Of a stretch of 64,000 nt of DNA, positions 8,929-18,097 are shown piece by piece. The DNA lies in NCBI GenBank assembly GCA_965204205.1, contig OZ241976.1, positions 1,838,858 through 1,902,857 of the forward strand. The letters run 5' to 3'. The position numbers and the translations under genes are program-made. The notes under the pieces are model-generated. The model did no database searches, was not told the origin of the DNA, and worked only from the letters and a program-made list of their open reading frames with translations. The DNA is from an uncultured Candidatus Binatia bacterium. Lineage in GTDB: Bacteria > Desulfobacterota > Binatia > UBA9968 > JAJDTQ01. Position 1 is the first letter of the stretch; each line of letters opens with the position of its first letter.

Positions 8929-8964
8929 CTGTAGCGCGGGCGGGTTTGAAACCCGCCCCTACAG
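8929..8964. repeat. REP-like palindrome, family B (GTAG...GGGCGGGTTT-G-AAACCCGCCC-CTAC)
   Basis: The sequence is CTGTAGCGCGGGCGGGTTTGAAACCCGCCCCTACAG, with 10-bp arms at 8938-8947 and 8949-8958 and GTAG/CTAC on both sides. It lies between two co-directional genes. A second copy is at 51926-51950. Confidence 0.7.
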
Positions 8965-8998
8965 TCTCTTCTTCCCGCGGCATGCTCCTGGCGCGGCG

Positions 8999-10447
8999 CT
9001 AGCCCGCGGCCATGACCCGTGCGGCCGCCTCCTCGCAGACAGTGCCGGCAAAGAAGTCGGGGTTCACGCCGGCGTAGAAGCGCACCGCGTTGGTGAAGCA
9101 GAAGTCGCGGAAATCCTCAGCCGTGACATGCCCCCGCTCCACCAGTTCATGGGCCTCTGCCACCACCCCGGTCATGTCGGTGACGTCCCAGTGGCCGATG
9201 TCCGAGCTCATCATGGCGCCGAGCCGGGCGCCGAAGGGATTGAGCTTGTCATTGAACGCCCAGGCGATCATCCGGTCGTCGGCCTCGCAGCCGAAATAGA
9301 AACGCGGCACGAAACGGTCGCGGATATCCTCGGCCCTGTCGATGCCGCAGCGGGACCAGTCGTCGAGGTTTTCGGGGCGCCGCTGCTTTCGGCCGAGTGA
9401 AGCGCGGATCTCCGCCAGCTTGCCCTCTCCCTCGATGCCGCCGTATTCCGCCACCAGCTTCATCATGAGATCGAGGTCGGTGCTCTCGGGGTCCAGGGCG
9501 GCGATGGCATCGCGGTTGCGCTTCTCCCAGTGCTCCAGGATGTCGCTGTAGAGGCTGCAGGCCCACGCCACGCCGCATTCGAGAAATGCAAAGTTGAGCG
9601 TTGGAAAACGGTATGTAACTCCCCCGAAAAACAGGGCCTTGCACAAGGCTTCGCCGGCTGCCGCGAAGTGGCCGATGTGGTTGTACATGTAGTTGGAGAC
9701 CGAGCGCCGGCTGCCCCAACCCTGGCCGCTGGCGTGGGAGGTGGGAGCGACGCCCAACTCCACGCAACGCTGCCAGAACGGGTCGTAGTCGAAGTCGCTG
9801 TCCAGCGCCAGGGTGTCGATATAACGGGCAAAGGGCGCGAGTTCGGGGCGCTCTTCCCGCACGCGCGGAACGGGGCGGTCCACGTGGGCGATGACGATGG
9901 TCTTGAGGCCCAGTTCCCGGACCGCGTACTCGGTGTCCTCGATGGCTTCCCTCGGTGTATGGGTCGGGATGACCGCGGCCGGGGTCATGCGGTCCGAGCA
10001 CTCGCCGTAGAACTCGGCGTGGAACTTGTTGAGCGCCCGGCACGATACCCGGCGGAGCTCCTCGTCTTCGAAGCGGGGCGGACCGCTCAACCCCTCGGTG
10101 GGATACAACACCGCGAAATCGATGCCGAGCCGGTCCATCCGCTCGTGCAGCAGGCGCGGCAGCGACGCCGTGGCCCGATCCAGCGTATTGTTGGCCGGAC
10201 GCGCCCACCAGGGAGGACAGTGGGCCCGGGCGTTGCGCCGCTCGGCCTCGGTCATGGAGGACCAGCGGCTGTTGGAGCGGGCGGCCATGGCCTCGGCATA
10301 GCGCCGCGGCATGTCGGAGCCGCCCAACTCCTTCAGGTAGTCGTGGTAAAGCGGAGACAGCTCGACGGTGTGGCCGTCGGTGTCGATGACCGGATGGTCG
10401 AGCCGGGCGCGAACCGCCTCGGATTCCGAAGTCCGTCCTGAACTCAT
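8999..10447 (-). CDS. Amidohydro_2-family protein, long form (A4)
   Basis: 482 aa with VIDTDGHTVE, FLECGVAWACS and MSSDIGHWDV. Extra inserts relative to the other paralogues account for the larger size. Confidence 0.75.
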   Translation of the reverse strand: MSSGRTSESEAVRARLDHPVIDTDGHTVELSPLYHDYLKELGGSDMPRRYAEAMAARSNSRWSSMTEAERRNARAHCPPWWARPANNTLDRATASLPRLLHERMDRLGIDFAVLYPTEGLSGPPRFEDEELRRVSCRALNKFHAEFYGECSDRMTPAAVIPTHTPREAIEDTEYAVRELGLKTIVIAHVDRPVPRVREERPELAPFARYIDTLALDSDFDYDPFWQRCVELGVAPTSHASGQGWGSRRSVSNYMYNHIGHFAAAGEALCKALFFGGVTYRFPTLNFAFLECGVAWACSLYSDILEHWEKRNRDAIAALDPESTDLDLMMKLVAEYGGIEGEGKLAEIRASLGRKQRRPENLDDWSRCGIDRAEDIRDRFVPRFYFGCEADDRMIAWAFNDKLNPFGARLGAMMSSDIGHWDVTDMTGVVAEAHELVERGHVTAEDFRDFCFTNAVRFYAGVNPDFFAGTVCEEAAARVMAAG

Positions 10448-10494
10448 CGCTCCCTGCCCTTCGCCCGTGCGGCCCGTCCGTGGAGCCCCGGCGG

Positions 10495-11445
10495 CTACGC
10501 CCCCGACTCCAGCGCGTCCAGATCCTTGACGTAGTCACGCAGCGCCGAGCCCAGGGTGAATTGCGGCTCCCAGCCCAGGTGTTCCCTGGCCCGCGTGATG
10601 TCCAGAGGTTTCTTGGGTCCTTCTTGCGGCGTCCCGTCCGGCACGACCTCCACCTCGAGGTCAGGGTAGACCGCCCTCGCCTCCTCCACCAGCTCATCGA
10701 AGGTCGTAACGAGGCCCGTGCCGATGTTGAACACGTTGACCGGCGGCACCGGCACGGTCGCCGCCAGGTCCACGGCCCGGCCCACGTCCTTGGCGTAGAT
10801 ACGCTCCAGCGGCCTGGCCTGCCGCCGCGCGATCCTGGCGACCCCGCCCTCGCGGCCGCAGGTAAGCAGCGTATGGGTGATGGCGCCGCTCTCGGCCCCG
10901 CCCAGGAAGTGACCCAGGCCGAACACGTGGGCTAGGCGCACGACCATCAACTCGAAGCCGTAGAGCCGCGAGTACGCCTCCAGCACCAGCTCCTGGACCG
11001 CCTTGGAGTTGCCGTAGGCGGTGCTGTCGCCCCGCTGGAGCGTCTCGGGCACGGATCCCGAGCCCGCGAAGGCGCGGTTGTAGACGCTCAGGGTGCTGAT
11101 GTGCACGACCCGCTTGACTCCCGCCAGCCGCACCGCCTCCGCCACATTGATAGTGCCCTGGATATTGACGTTGAAGGCCCAGTACCCTTCCCGGGCTACG
11201 CGGCCGGCGATGATCGCCGCCGTGTGCACCACAGTGTCGATGCCTTGGTCCTTGATGATTCCGGTGAGAGCCGGCAGGTCCAGCACGTCTCCCTGCAGGG
11301 ACACGCAGTCCGCGGACCCGAGCTTGCTCTTCAGGTAGTCATCCCGGGGCTGGAAGTCGACGAAGACGAGACGCTCACCCCGCTCCGCCGCAAACTGCCC
11401 GAAGGAGGCCCCGATAAGCCCACTGCCAGTGATCAGAGTCGCCAT
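10495..11445 (-). CDS. NAD-dependent epimerase/dehydratase (extended SDR), copy A
   Basis: MATLITGSGLIGASF is the Rossmann GxGxxG motif and YGNSKAVQE is the YxxxK motif. It is a paralogue of the gene at 13107-14102. Confidence 0.8.
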   Translation of the reverse strand: MATLITGSGLIGASFGQFAAERGERLVFVDFQPRDDYLKSKLGSADCVSLQGDVLDLPALTGIIKDQGIDTVVHTAAIIAGRVAREGYWAFNVNIQGTINVAEAVRLAGVKRVVHISTLSVYNRAFAGSGSVPETLQRGDSTAYGNSKAVQELVLEAYSRLYGFELMVVRLAHVFGLGHFLGGAESGAITHTLLTCGREGGVARIARRQARPLERIYAKDVGRAVDLAATVPVPPVNVFNIGTGLVTTFDELVEEARAVYPDLEVEVVPDGTPQEGPKKPLDITRAREHLGWEPQFTLGSALRDYVKDLDALESGA

Positions 11446-11492
11446 GCCGGCAATCTAGCATGGACGGCGCGGGCTTGGGAGGGGCCGATCCG

Positions 11493-12608
11493 TCAGCCCA
11501 CTCCGTAGAGCCTCGCGCAGTTGTCCCACAGGATCTTCTTCATGGATCTCTCGCTCAGCCCCGGAGTCTCCATGAACTCCTCCACCGCGTGGGGGTAGTG
11601 GGCGTCGATGTGCGGGTAGTCGGTGGAGATGACGATGTTGTCGTCTCCCAGGCGCCCGATGACGTCGGTGACCAGGTACTCGTCCACGTCCACCGAGATG
11701 TAGCACTGGTCCAGGAAGTACTCGCTGGGCTTCCGGGACAGCGGCACGTCGGTGAGGGCGCCGTGGAGTTCCGCCCTTTCGTCCAGGCGATAGAGTATCC
11801 ACGGCAGCCATGCGCAGTTGCCTTCCAGGAACGCCACCTTGAGGGTCGGGAACTTTTCCAGCACGCCGCCGCCGCAGAATGCCGACACCGCCAGTTGCAG
11901 CTCGATAGGATTGCGCAGGGCCATGGCGATGACGCTGGAGTTGGGGTGGCCGTAGAACTCCCGCGCCACCTGCTGCTGCTTGGGGTTGGCCGGCGGATGG
12001 AAGCACAGCGGCACCTTCAGCCGGTCTATCTCCGCCCACAGGGGATCGTAGTAGCGGTCGTGGATGCGACGTCCGTTGACCGGCTCCGGACAGACCGACA
12101 GGCCCACCACTCCCAGCTCCGTCACCGACCGCCGGGCCTCGTCCACGGCCATGTCCACGTCGTGCAGCGTCAGGAGGCCCGACGCCTTCATGCGCTCCGG
12201 CCGCTCGCCGCAGAAATCCGCGATCCAGTCGTTCCACGCCCGGCACAGGTCGTTGGCGTATTCCGGCTCGAAGCTGTCGTCGCAGTGAAGCGGAGAGGTG
12301 CGGAACATCACCGCCACGTCCAGCCCCTCGTTATCCATGGCCACCACCTGGGACGGCGCGTCGTAGCCGTGCTCCAACGCGTAACCGTAGCGGTCCGCCA
12401 CATTGTCCTCGCCGTGCTCCAGCAACTGGTTCCGTGGCCGCATCACAGTGCCGTTCCCCAGGCTGAACTCGATGCGCCCGTGCTTGGTGCGAGCCTTGCC
12501 GCGAGGGATTCGGTCACCCCATCTGGGGTTCATGTACTTCTCGTAGAGATCCTGGGCGTCATAGACGTGCATGTCGCTGTCGAATACCTGGTACCCGTAC
12601 TTGGCCAT
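11493..12608 (-). CDS. Amidohydro_2-family hydrolase/decarboxylase (A5)
   Basis: The ORF 11493-12707 is trimmed to MAKYGYQVFDSDMHVYDA, with an AGGGAGGAC SD upstream of the ATG at 12608. It carries FLEGNCAWLPW and ISTDYPHIDA. Confidence 0.85.
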   Translation of the reverse strand: MAKYGYQVFDSDMHVYDAQDLYEKYMNPRWGDRIPRGKARTKHGRIEFSLGNGTVMRPRNQLLEHGEDNVADRYGYALEHGYDAPSQVVAMDNEGLDVAVMFRTSPLHCDDSFEPEYANDLCRAWNDWIADFCGERPERMKASGLLTLHDVDMAVDEARRSVTELGVVGLSVCPEPVNGRRIHDRYYDPLWAEIDRLKVPLCFHPPANPKQQQVAREFYGHPNSSVIAMALRNPIELQLAVSAFCGGGVLEKFPTLKVAFLEGNCAWLPWILYRLDERAELHGALTDVPLSRKPSEYFLDQCYISVDVDEYLVTDVIGRLGDDNIVISTDYPHIDAHYPHAVEEFMETPGLSERSMKKILWDNCARLYGVG

Positions 12609-12828
12609 ATCGCAAGTCCTCCCTACAACGCGGCTACAACGGTCCGGAGCAACTCCCGGAGCACGCGTTCCATGCCCGAGTTCCACACCGGCCGTCGGCG
12701 TCCGCACTCGGCCCTTCTAGTTCACCACCTGCCCCCTGTCAACTCGCCCAACAACACCATAGTCCGGTGAGGCACGGGGCCGCTCGGGCCCAGGAGGTTG
12801 ACTTTGGAGATTCAGTGTTGCGTCTGTC

Positions 12829-12842
12829 TTGCTATTGAGCAA
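12829..12842. promoter_or_regulatory. Inverted repeat TTGCT-ATTG-AGCAA upstream of the ParD-like gene (possible operator)
   Basis: The 5-bp arms are perfect. The repeat sits in an AT-richer patch about 33 nt upstream of the ATG at 12875, within the 266-bp divergent intergenic region. No confident -35/-10 pair could be placed. Confidence 0.3.
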
Positions 12843-12874
12843 TATCAACACAGGCACTTCGGGGAGACCAAACC

Positions 12875-13141
12875 ATGCCACGCACAACCACCATGACCGT
12901 CCGGCTCAGCGGCGCGCTCAGCGACTTCGTCGCCTCCAACGTCGGAGAAGACGGATCCTACGAAAACATCAGCGAATACATTCGCGATCTGATCCGACGG
13001 GACAAGGAACGAACAGAACGGGAGTCCTTCGAACGTCTCAAAGCCGAACTGGCACTCGCCTTTGCAGCGCCCGGCGATACCTTCCACCCCCTCTCCGTCT
13101 CGCAGGTCATCGCGAGGAACAGGTCGCGGCCCGACGCGTGA
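12875..13141 (+). CDS. parD: ParD-like ribbon-helix-helix antitoxin (orphan, no toxin gene follows)
   Basis: 88 aa. The stretch MTVRLSGALSDFVASNVGEDGSYENISEYIRDLIRRDKERTE fits the ParD/COG3609 RHH pattern. It is the only plus-strand gene within a 13.6-kb minus-strand array. Confidence 0.65.
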   Translation: MPRTTTMTVRLSGALSDFVASNVGEDGSYENISEYIRDLIRRDKERTERESFERLKAELALAFAAPGDTFHPLSVSQVIARNRSRPDA

Positions 13142-14102
13142 CATCGGTGCGTGTACCGTCGCCGACCACCGCCTCCAAATCCGCCACATAGTCCCTGAAC
13201 GCCCCCTCCATGTCGTACCGCGGCTCCCATCCCAGCAGTTCCCGGGTTCTCGATAGGTCCATGGGTTGCTTCACCGGGGTACCGGGAGGCGGACCGGGCA
13301 GGATCTCGACTTCCAATTCGGGCAGAACTCTCCGGATCGCTCGTATCAGCTCGCCAAACGTCAGCACTTCGCCGCTGCCGATGTTGAAGCAGGTCTCCTG
13401 CGGCACGGGGATGGTGGCGGCGATGTCGACGGCGCGGCCGACGTCCTTGGCGTAGACGTACTCGAAAGCGGTGGTCAGGGGCCGGGACACACGCGCCACC
13501 TCGCCGCGCAGGCCGCACTGCACGAGGGTCTGGATAAGGCGGCCGCCAGCGGAGCCGCCCTGGAAGTGGCCGACGCCGTAGAGCTTCGCCAGCCGCAGGA
13601 CGATCACCTCGAAGCCGTAGAGGCGCTGGTAGGCCTCGACCATGAGCTCCTTGGCTGCCTTGGTGTTGTCGTAGAGCCGGCCGTTCCCACGGGGAAAATC
13701 CTCGCGCAACGGGCCCGGGCAGTCGCGGCGCTGGTCGTAGACGCTGAGGGAACTTATATGCACCAACCGTCTCACGCCGGCGAGCCGCACGGCTTCGAGG
13801 ACGTTGATGGTTCCCATGACGTTGATTTGCACGCCGGTGTAGGGCGCCTCCGCGACCTTTTCGCCGACAAGGCCAGCCGTGTGCACCACCGTGTCCACGC
13901 GGCGGCTCGCGGTGGCGTGAAGCAGCGCGGGCAGGTCGAGAATGTCTCCCTGGACAAGCTCGACATCCGCACCCGGCACTTTCTTCTCGAGGTACTCGCG
14001 GTGGGGTTGCGTGTCGTAGAAGACCAGCCGGGCGTCTCTTCGAACGGCACACTGGGCGAAAGACGCTCCAACCAGTCCCGAGCCAGTGATCAGCGTGGTC
14101 AC
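13107..14102 (-). CDS. NAD-dependent epimerase/dehydratase (extended SDR), copy B
   Basis: The ORF 13107-14216 is trimmed to GTG at 14102 (VTTLITGSGLVGASF), by analogy with copy A and a GAGG upstream. YDNTKAAKE is the YxxxK motif. The start is tentative. Confidence 0.7.
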   Translation of the reverse strand: MTTLITGSGLVGASFAQCAVRRDARLVFYDTQPHREYLEKKVPGADVELVQGDILDLPALLHATASRRVDTVVHTAGLVGEKVAEAPYTGVQINVMGTINVLEAVRLAGVRRLVHISSLSVYDQRRDCPGPLREDFPRGNGRLYDNTKAAKELMVEAYQRLYGFEVIVLRLAKLYGVGHFQGGSAGGRLIQTLVQCGLRGEVARVSRPLTTAFEYVYAKDVGRAVDIAATIPVPQETCFNIGSGEVLTFGELIRAIRRVLPELEVEILPGPPPGTPVKQPMDLSRTRELLGWEPRYDMEGAFRDYVADLEAVVGDGTRTDVTRRAATCSSR

Positions 14103-14163
14103 GGGCGAATACCTCGGTCGGCAGGAAGGTGGGAGCCTATCCGCGCAACTTCGGAGGCCGGCC

Positions 14164-15606
14164 TCAACCGTTGCCGACGTTCCCGGACAGGAAATACCCG
14201 CCGGTGATGGCGTCATGCCACGTCTTGGCCACGCCCGGCGCCACCCCCAGGGGCAGGTCCGTCTCCGGCGTCCAGTAGGAGTGGACGCCGGCCTGGAAGT
14301 GCATCAACGCGGTCTTGGGGGCCGGCTCCATGCGGGCATACATGGGCATCACCAGGCTCCTGTAGCTCTCGGCGCTGTGGTCGCGGCTGTCCTTGGTGAC
14401 GCAGAAGAGGATGGGCGGCACAGACTTGACTCCGGGCCCCTGGAGCTCGCGCCCGTAGCTCAGGTATTGCTTCACCAGCGCTTCGCTGCCGGCCTCGTCC
14501 AGGCCCAGCCGCCCGGCCGCGACCCGCGCCCCTTCCTCCAGCGACGGCTCGATGTTGGTGCTGACGACGTACTCGCACTTGAACTGGGGCTGGTCCTTGG
14601 CGGCATCCCAGGCCTCCATCACCTCCTCGATGAGCATTGGCAGGCGCATGAGCGCCACCGGGCCGTCCTGCCCGAGCTTCTCCGGCCCGATGTAGCGGGC
14701 CTTGTCGCGCCAAGTGCGGACGTAGAGCTCGTAGAACGGGTCGACACGGCTGGTCTCGGTGACCCGCTTCTCGTAGTCGCCGATGGTCCCCAGGGAGCCC
14801 TGTACCGCGAGCTTGGCCTCGTTGATATAGCCGAAGGCCGAGTTCTCCACCGCCATGACACCGGCGATGTTGGGCACCCGCTGGGACAGCATGAAGACGA
14901 ACGGGCCGCCGGTGGAGTGGCCGTGCACGTAGACGGAGTATTCTCCGTCCGGCAGGTTCCGTGCCATCACCTGCTTTCCGCCCTCCTCGAAGGCCGCCGG
15001 CCAGCCCGCCATGCGGTGCCAGAAGGTCGTGCCGGGTTTGGCGTGGAGCACGGTGCGGGTGCCGTAGCGCTCCCTGAGGGAGCTGTCCTTCACCACCTCG
15101 TACTGGTCCGGGGTGATGTGCTCACCGGTGAGCCAGATGGGCGTGCGGATGGTGCCGTCCGGGTTGATGGTATCCCCGGGCCAGTTGCGAGAAGGGTCGT
15201 CCAGGCAGAGCCGGCCCGGATAGGTCATGGTAGCGACCTTGAAGCCGAACTTGCCGGCCAGGAGCCGCGCCACCGGCGCCATGGTCTTGAAGTCGCCGTC
15301 GCCCCCGGACAGTAGGTACGCGCCCGCCTTGCGGCCGTCGGCGCCGACAGCAACCTTGGCGGGGTCCGCCGGCTCGTAGATCTGCGCGCCGATGTCCCAT
15401 TCCATCCCCACCGCCTCGACGCGGACCAGGTCCTCGTACTCCTTCAGCGGAATGTCCGGCATCGCCAGCACCTCGCGGGAGTCCGCGAGGCACTGCTCCC
15501 GGGACACCTCGGGGAGAGGCTCCCACACTGCGTTCATCTCTGTCATATATGTCTTTCGTACCGCTCCCTTAGCATGGAAATCGTATGTAACGTATGCGAT
15601 TTTCAT
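14164..15606 (-). CDS. Alpha/beta-hydrolase-fold protein, unassigned subfamily
   Basis: 480 aa. The only firm motif is the nucleophile elbow VYVHGHSTGGPF (G-H-S-T-G) at about residue 235. The long N- and C-terminal parts match nothing I recognise. There is no clear SD, and the internal MTEMNAV is an alternative start. Confidence 0.5.
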   Translation of the reverse strand: MKIAYVTYDFHAKGAVRKTYMTEMNAVWEPLPEVSREQCLADSREVLAMPDIPLKEYEDLVRVEAVGMEWDIGAQIYEPADPAKVAVGADGRKAGAYLLSGGDGDFKTMAPVARLLAGKFGFKVATMTYPGRLCLDDPSRNWPGDTINPDGTIRTPIWLTGEHITPDQYEVVKDSSLRERYGTRTVLHAKPGTTFWHRMAGWPAAFEEGGKQVMARNLPDGEYSVYVHGHSTGGPFVFMLSQRVPNIAGVMAVENSAFGYINEAKLAVQGSLGTIGDYEKRVTETSRVDPFYELYVRTWRDKARYIGPEKLGQDGPVALMRLPMLIEEVMEAWDAAKDQPQFKCEYVVSTNIEPSLEEGARVAAGRLGLDEAGSEALVKQYLSYGRELQGPGVKSVPPILFCVTKDSRDHSAESYRSLVMPMYARMEPAPKTALMHFQAGVHSYWTPETDLPLGVAPGVAKTWHDAITGGYFLSGNVGNG

Positions 15607-15640
15607 GGCATCGGGCGCGGCAGCCGGGAAATTGTCCGCG

Positions 15641-16780
15641 TCAATCCACCCCGTACAACCTTGCGCAGTTGGTCCAGAGGATCTTCTCCAGCGACTCCTT
15701 CTTGAGGCCCGGGAGAGAGGTGAACGTGGATACGGCCTCGGGCCAGCGGGAGTCGATGTGCGGGTAGTCGGTGGAGAAGACGATGTTGTCGTCGCCCATG
15801 TAGTCGATAACGCTGACCACCAGCCCTTCGTCCACGTCGGCGGAGATGAAGCACTGCTCCTTGAAATACTCGCTGGGCTTCTTGCGGAGGGGGATGTCGG
15901 CCATGGGACCCTGAAGCTCGCAGTACTCGTCCAGTCGGTACATCAGCCACGGTAGCCAGCTACAGTTGCCCTCGAGGAAGGCCACCCTGAGCTTGGGAAA
16001 CCGCTCCAGCACGCCGCCGGCGCAGAAGGCGCTCACCGCCAGGATCAGCTCCACGGGATTGCGCAGAGGATTGACCAGCAACTCTTCGTTGGGATGGTCC
16101 TCGAAGCGGCGCGACACCTGGATCTGATTGGGACGGGCCGGCGGATGGAAGCAGATGGGCACGTCCAGGTCGATGGCCTCGGCCCACAGGGGGTCGAAGT
16201 CATGGTCGTGGATGTGCTTCCCGTTGATGGGCTCCGGACAGAGTGACAGGCCGATAGCTCCCAGTTCCTTCACCGACCGCCGGGCCTCCTCAACGGCCAG
16301 GTCCACGTCGTGCAGCGTGATCAGCGCCGAGCCCTTGAGCCGCGACGGATCGGCGCTGCAGAAGTCGTGCATCCATTCGTTCCACGCCTTGCAGAGGTCG
16401 TTGGCGTACTCGGGCTCGAAGTCCTCGTTGGTGTGGAGCGGCGAGGTCCGGAACTGCACGGCCACATCCAGACCCTCCTCGTCCATGGCCTCGATTTGCG
16501 AGACGTTGTTGTAGTTCTGGCTGGCCGGCCGGATGTAGGCGTCCTTCTGGCGTTTCTCGTGAAACTTGACCAGTTTGCCGGGTTCCCGGATCGGCCTGCC
16601 GTCGCCGAGCACGTAGCGGGTCATGCCGTGGAGCGTCAAACCCTGGCCTTCGCGTTTTTGCCGCACCTCGCCGCGCGGGATGCGCTCGCCCCACTTGGGA
16701 TTCATGTAGTTGAGGTAGAGGTCGTGGGGCTCGAACACGTGCATGTCGCTGTCGAGTATACGCAAACCATCTCTCGTCAT
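15641..16780 (-). CDS. Amidohydro_2-family hydrolase/decarboxylase (A6)
   Basis: 379 aa with RILDSDMHVFEP, FLEGNCSWLPW and FSTDYPHIDS. It belongs to the same subgroup as A1 and A5. Confidence 0.85.
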   Translation of the reverse strand: MTRDGLRILDSDMHVFEPHDLYLNYMNPKWGERIPRGEVRQKREGQGLTLHGMTRYVLGDGRPIREPGKLVKFHEKRQKDAYIRPASQNYNNVSQIEAMDEEGLDVAVQFRTSPLHTNEDFEPEYANDLCKAWNEWMHDFCSADPSRLKGSALITLHDVDLAVEEARRSVKELGAIGLSLCPEPINGKHIHDHDFDPLWAEAIDLDVPICFHPPARPNQIQVSRRFEDHPNEELLVNPLRNPVELILAVSAFCAGGVLERFPKLRVAFLEGNCSWLPWLMYRLDEYCELQGPMADIPLRKKPSEYFKEQCFISADVDEGLVVSVIDYMGDDNIVFSTDYPHIDSRWPEAVSTFTSLPGLKKESLEKILWTNCARLYGVD

Positions 16781-16808
16781 GAGGTCCTCCCGTTCCGGAC
16801 GAGCCGGC

Positions 16809-18077
16809 TCACCCCCCGGCCGCCCTGTTGGTATAAGCCTCCGCCAGGAAATCCGCGGTGTGCACGACGCGAATGGACGACCCTCGCTCTCGCAACGCCG
16901 CCCTGATCTGGAGGATGCATCCCGGATTCCCGGTCACCAAAACGTCCGCCCCTGTCGCCATCACGTTACCGGCCTTTCGCGCGGCCAGCCTGCCGGCCAG
17001 CTCCGGTTCCGTCAGATTGTAGCTCCCGGCGCTGCCGCAGCACACCTCCGCCTCGTGGAGATCCACCCAATCGACGCCGGGGATGTCCTTGAGCAGCCGT
17101 CGCGGCTCCGCCTGAACGCCCTGCCCGTTCAAGAGGTGGCAAGCGTCATGGTAGGCCACCTTCACGTTCATGCTCCTCGTGGGCGCGAAATCAGGCAGCT
17201 CGTGGAGGAACTCTGCCACATCCCGCACCTTGGAGGCAACGCGTTCCGCGGCCTCCCGGAGCGCGGGATCGTCCTTGAAATGCTCCGCGTACTCCCGCAT
17301 GGCCGCGCCGCAGCCCGCCGCGTTGGTCAGCACGGCGTCGAGCTCCGGGGAATCGAAGGCTACAACGGTCCGGCGTGCGAGCTCCAGACCGCGTTCCCGG
17401 GCGCCATTGTGCAGCAGAAGAGCGCCGCAACAGCCGGCTTCGGCAGGCGCAAACACCTCGCACCCGTGCCGGGTCAAGAGCTGAAGCGTGCTCGTATGGG
17501 TATCGCCGAAAAGGCTCTGCATGACGCAGCCGGCCAGCAGCCCGACGCGATGGCGTGCTTCACCTTCCGGGACGGCCCGTTGCGGCAGGCGCAGCGAGCG
17601 GAAAGGAGCTTCCCGGTCCGGCAGGTAGCGCAACAGGCCGCGGATGCCCGCCGGCAACAGTCGCGAGCCGGCCAGCCGGTGGAGCCCCAGCCGGGTCATC
17701 CAGCGCACCGCCCAGCCGAACGCTCTCATGACCGCCGGACTGGGAAAGGTCCGGTTCACGAACCAGCGCTTCAGCCGCTCGGGCCACGGGCGGCGGTGCC
17801 GGGTTTCGATGAAATGACGCGTGCCCTCGATGAGCGTACCGTAGCTCACACCGGACGGGCAGGTGGTCTCGCATGCCCGGCAGCCCAGGCAAAGATCGAG
17901 GTGTCTGACACTCACGTCGTCCAGCGGCACCGTCCCCTGCTGGATCGAACGCATGAGCTGGATCCGGCCCCGGGGCGAGTCCATCTCGGTCCCGAGCTCG
18001 AGGAAGGTGGGACACGAGGCGACGCAGAGCCCGCAATGGATACAGTTGCCGGAGCTTTCGAAATCAGCGACTTGCAT
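16809..18077 (-). CDS. glcF: Glycolate/2-hydroxyacid oxidase iron-sulfur subunit (GlcF-like)
   Basis: There are two ferredoxin-type clusters, CIHCGLCVASCP and CLGCRACETTCP, followed by cysteine-rich CCG-type repeats (CCGSAG, CCGALLL). Confidence 0.8.
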   Translation of the reverse strand: MQVADFESSGNCIHCGLCVASCPTFLELGTEMDSPRGRIQLMRSIQQGTVPLDDVSVRHLDLCLGCRACETTCPSGVSYGTLIEGTRHFIETRHRRPWPERLKRWFVNRTFPSPAVMRAFGWAVRWMTRLGLHRLAGSRLLPAGIRGLLRYLPDREAPFRSLRLPQRAVPEGEARHRVGLLAGCVMQSLFGDTHTSTLQLLTRHGCEVFAPAEAGCCGALLLHNGARERGLELARRTVVAFDSPELDAVLTNAAGCGAAMREYAEHFKDDPALREAAERVASKVRDVAEFLHELPDFAPTRSMNVKVAYHDACHLLNGQGVQAEPRRLLKDIPGVDWVDLHEAEVCCGSAGSYNLTEPELAGRLAARKAGNVMATGADVLVTGNPGCILQIRAALRERGSSIRVVHTADFLAEAYTNRAAGG

Positions 18078-18097
18078 GACTATTCTTCAAGCCGACA

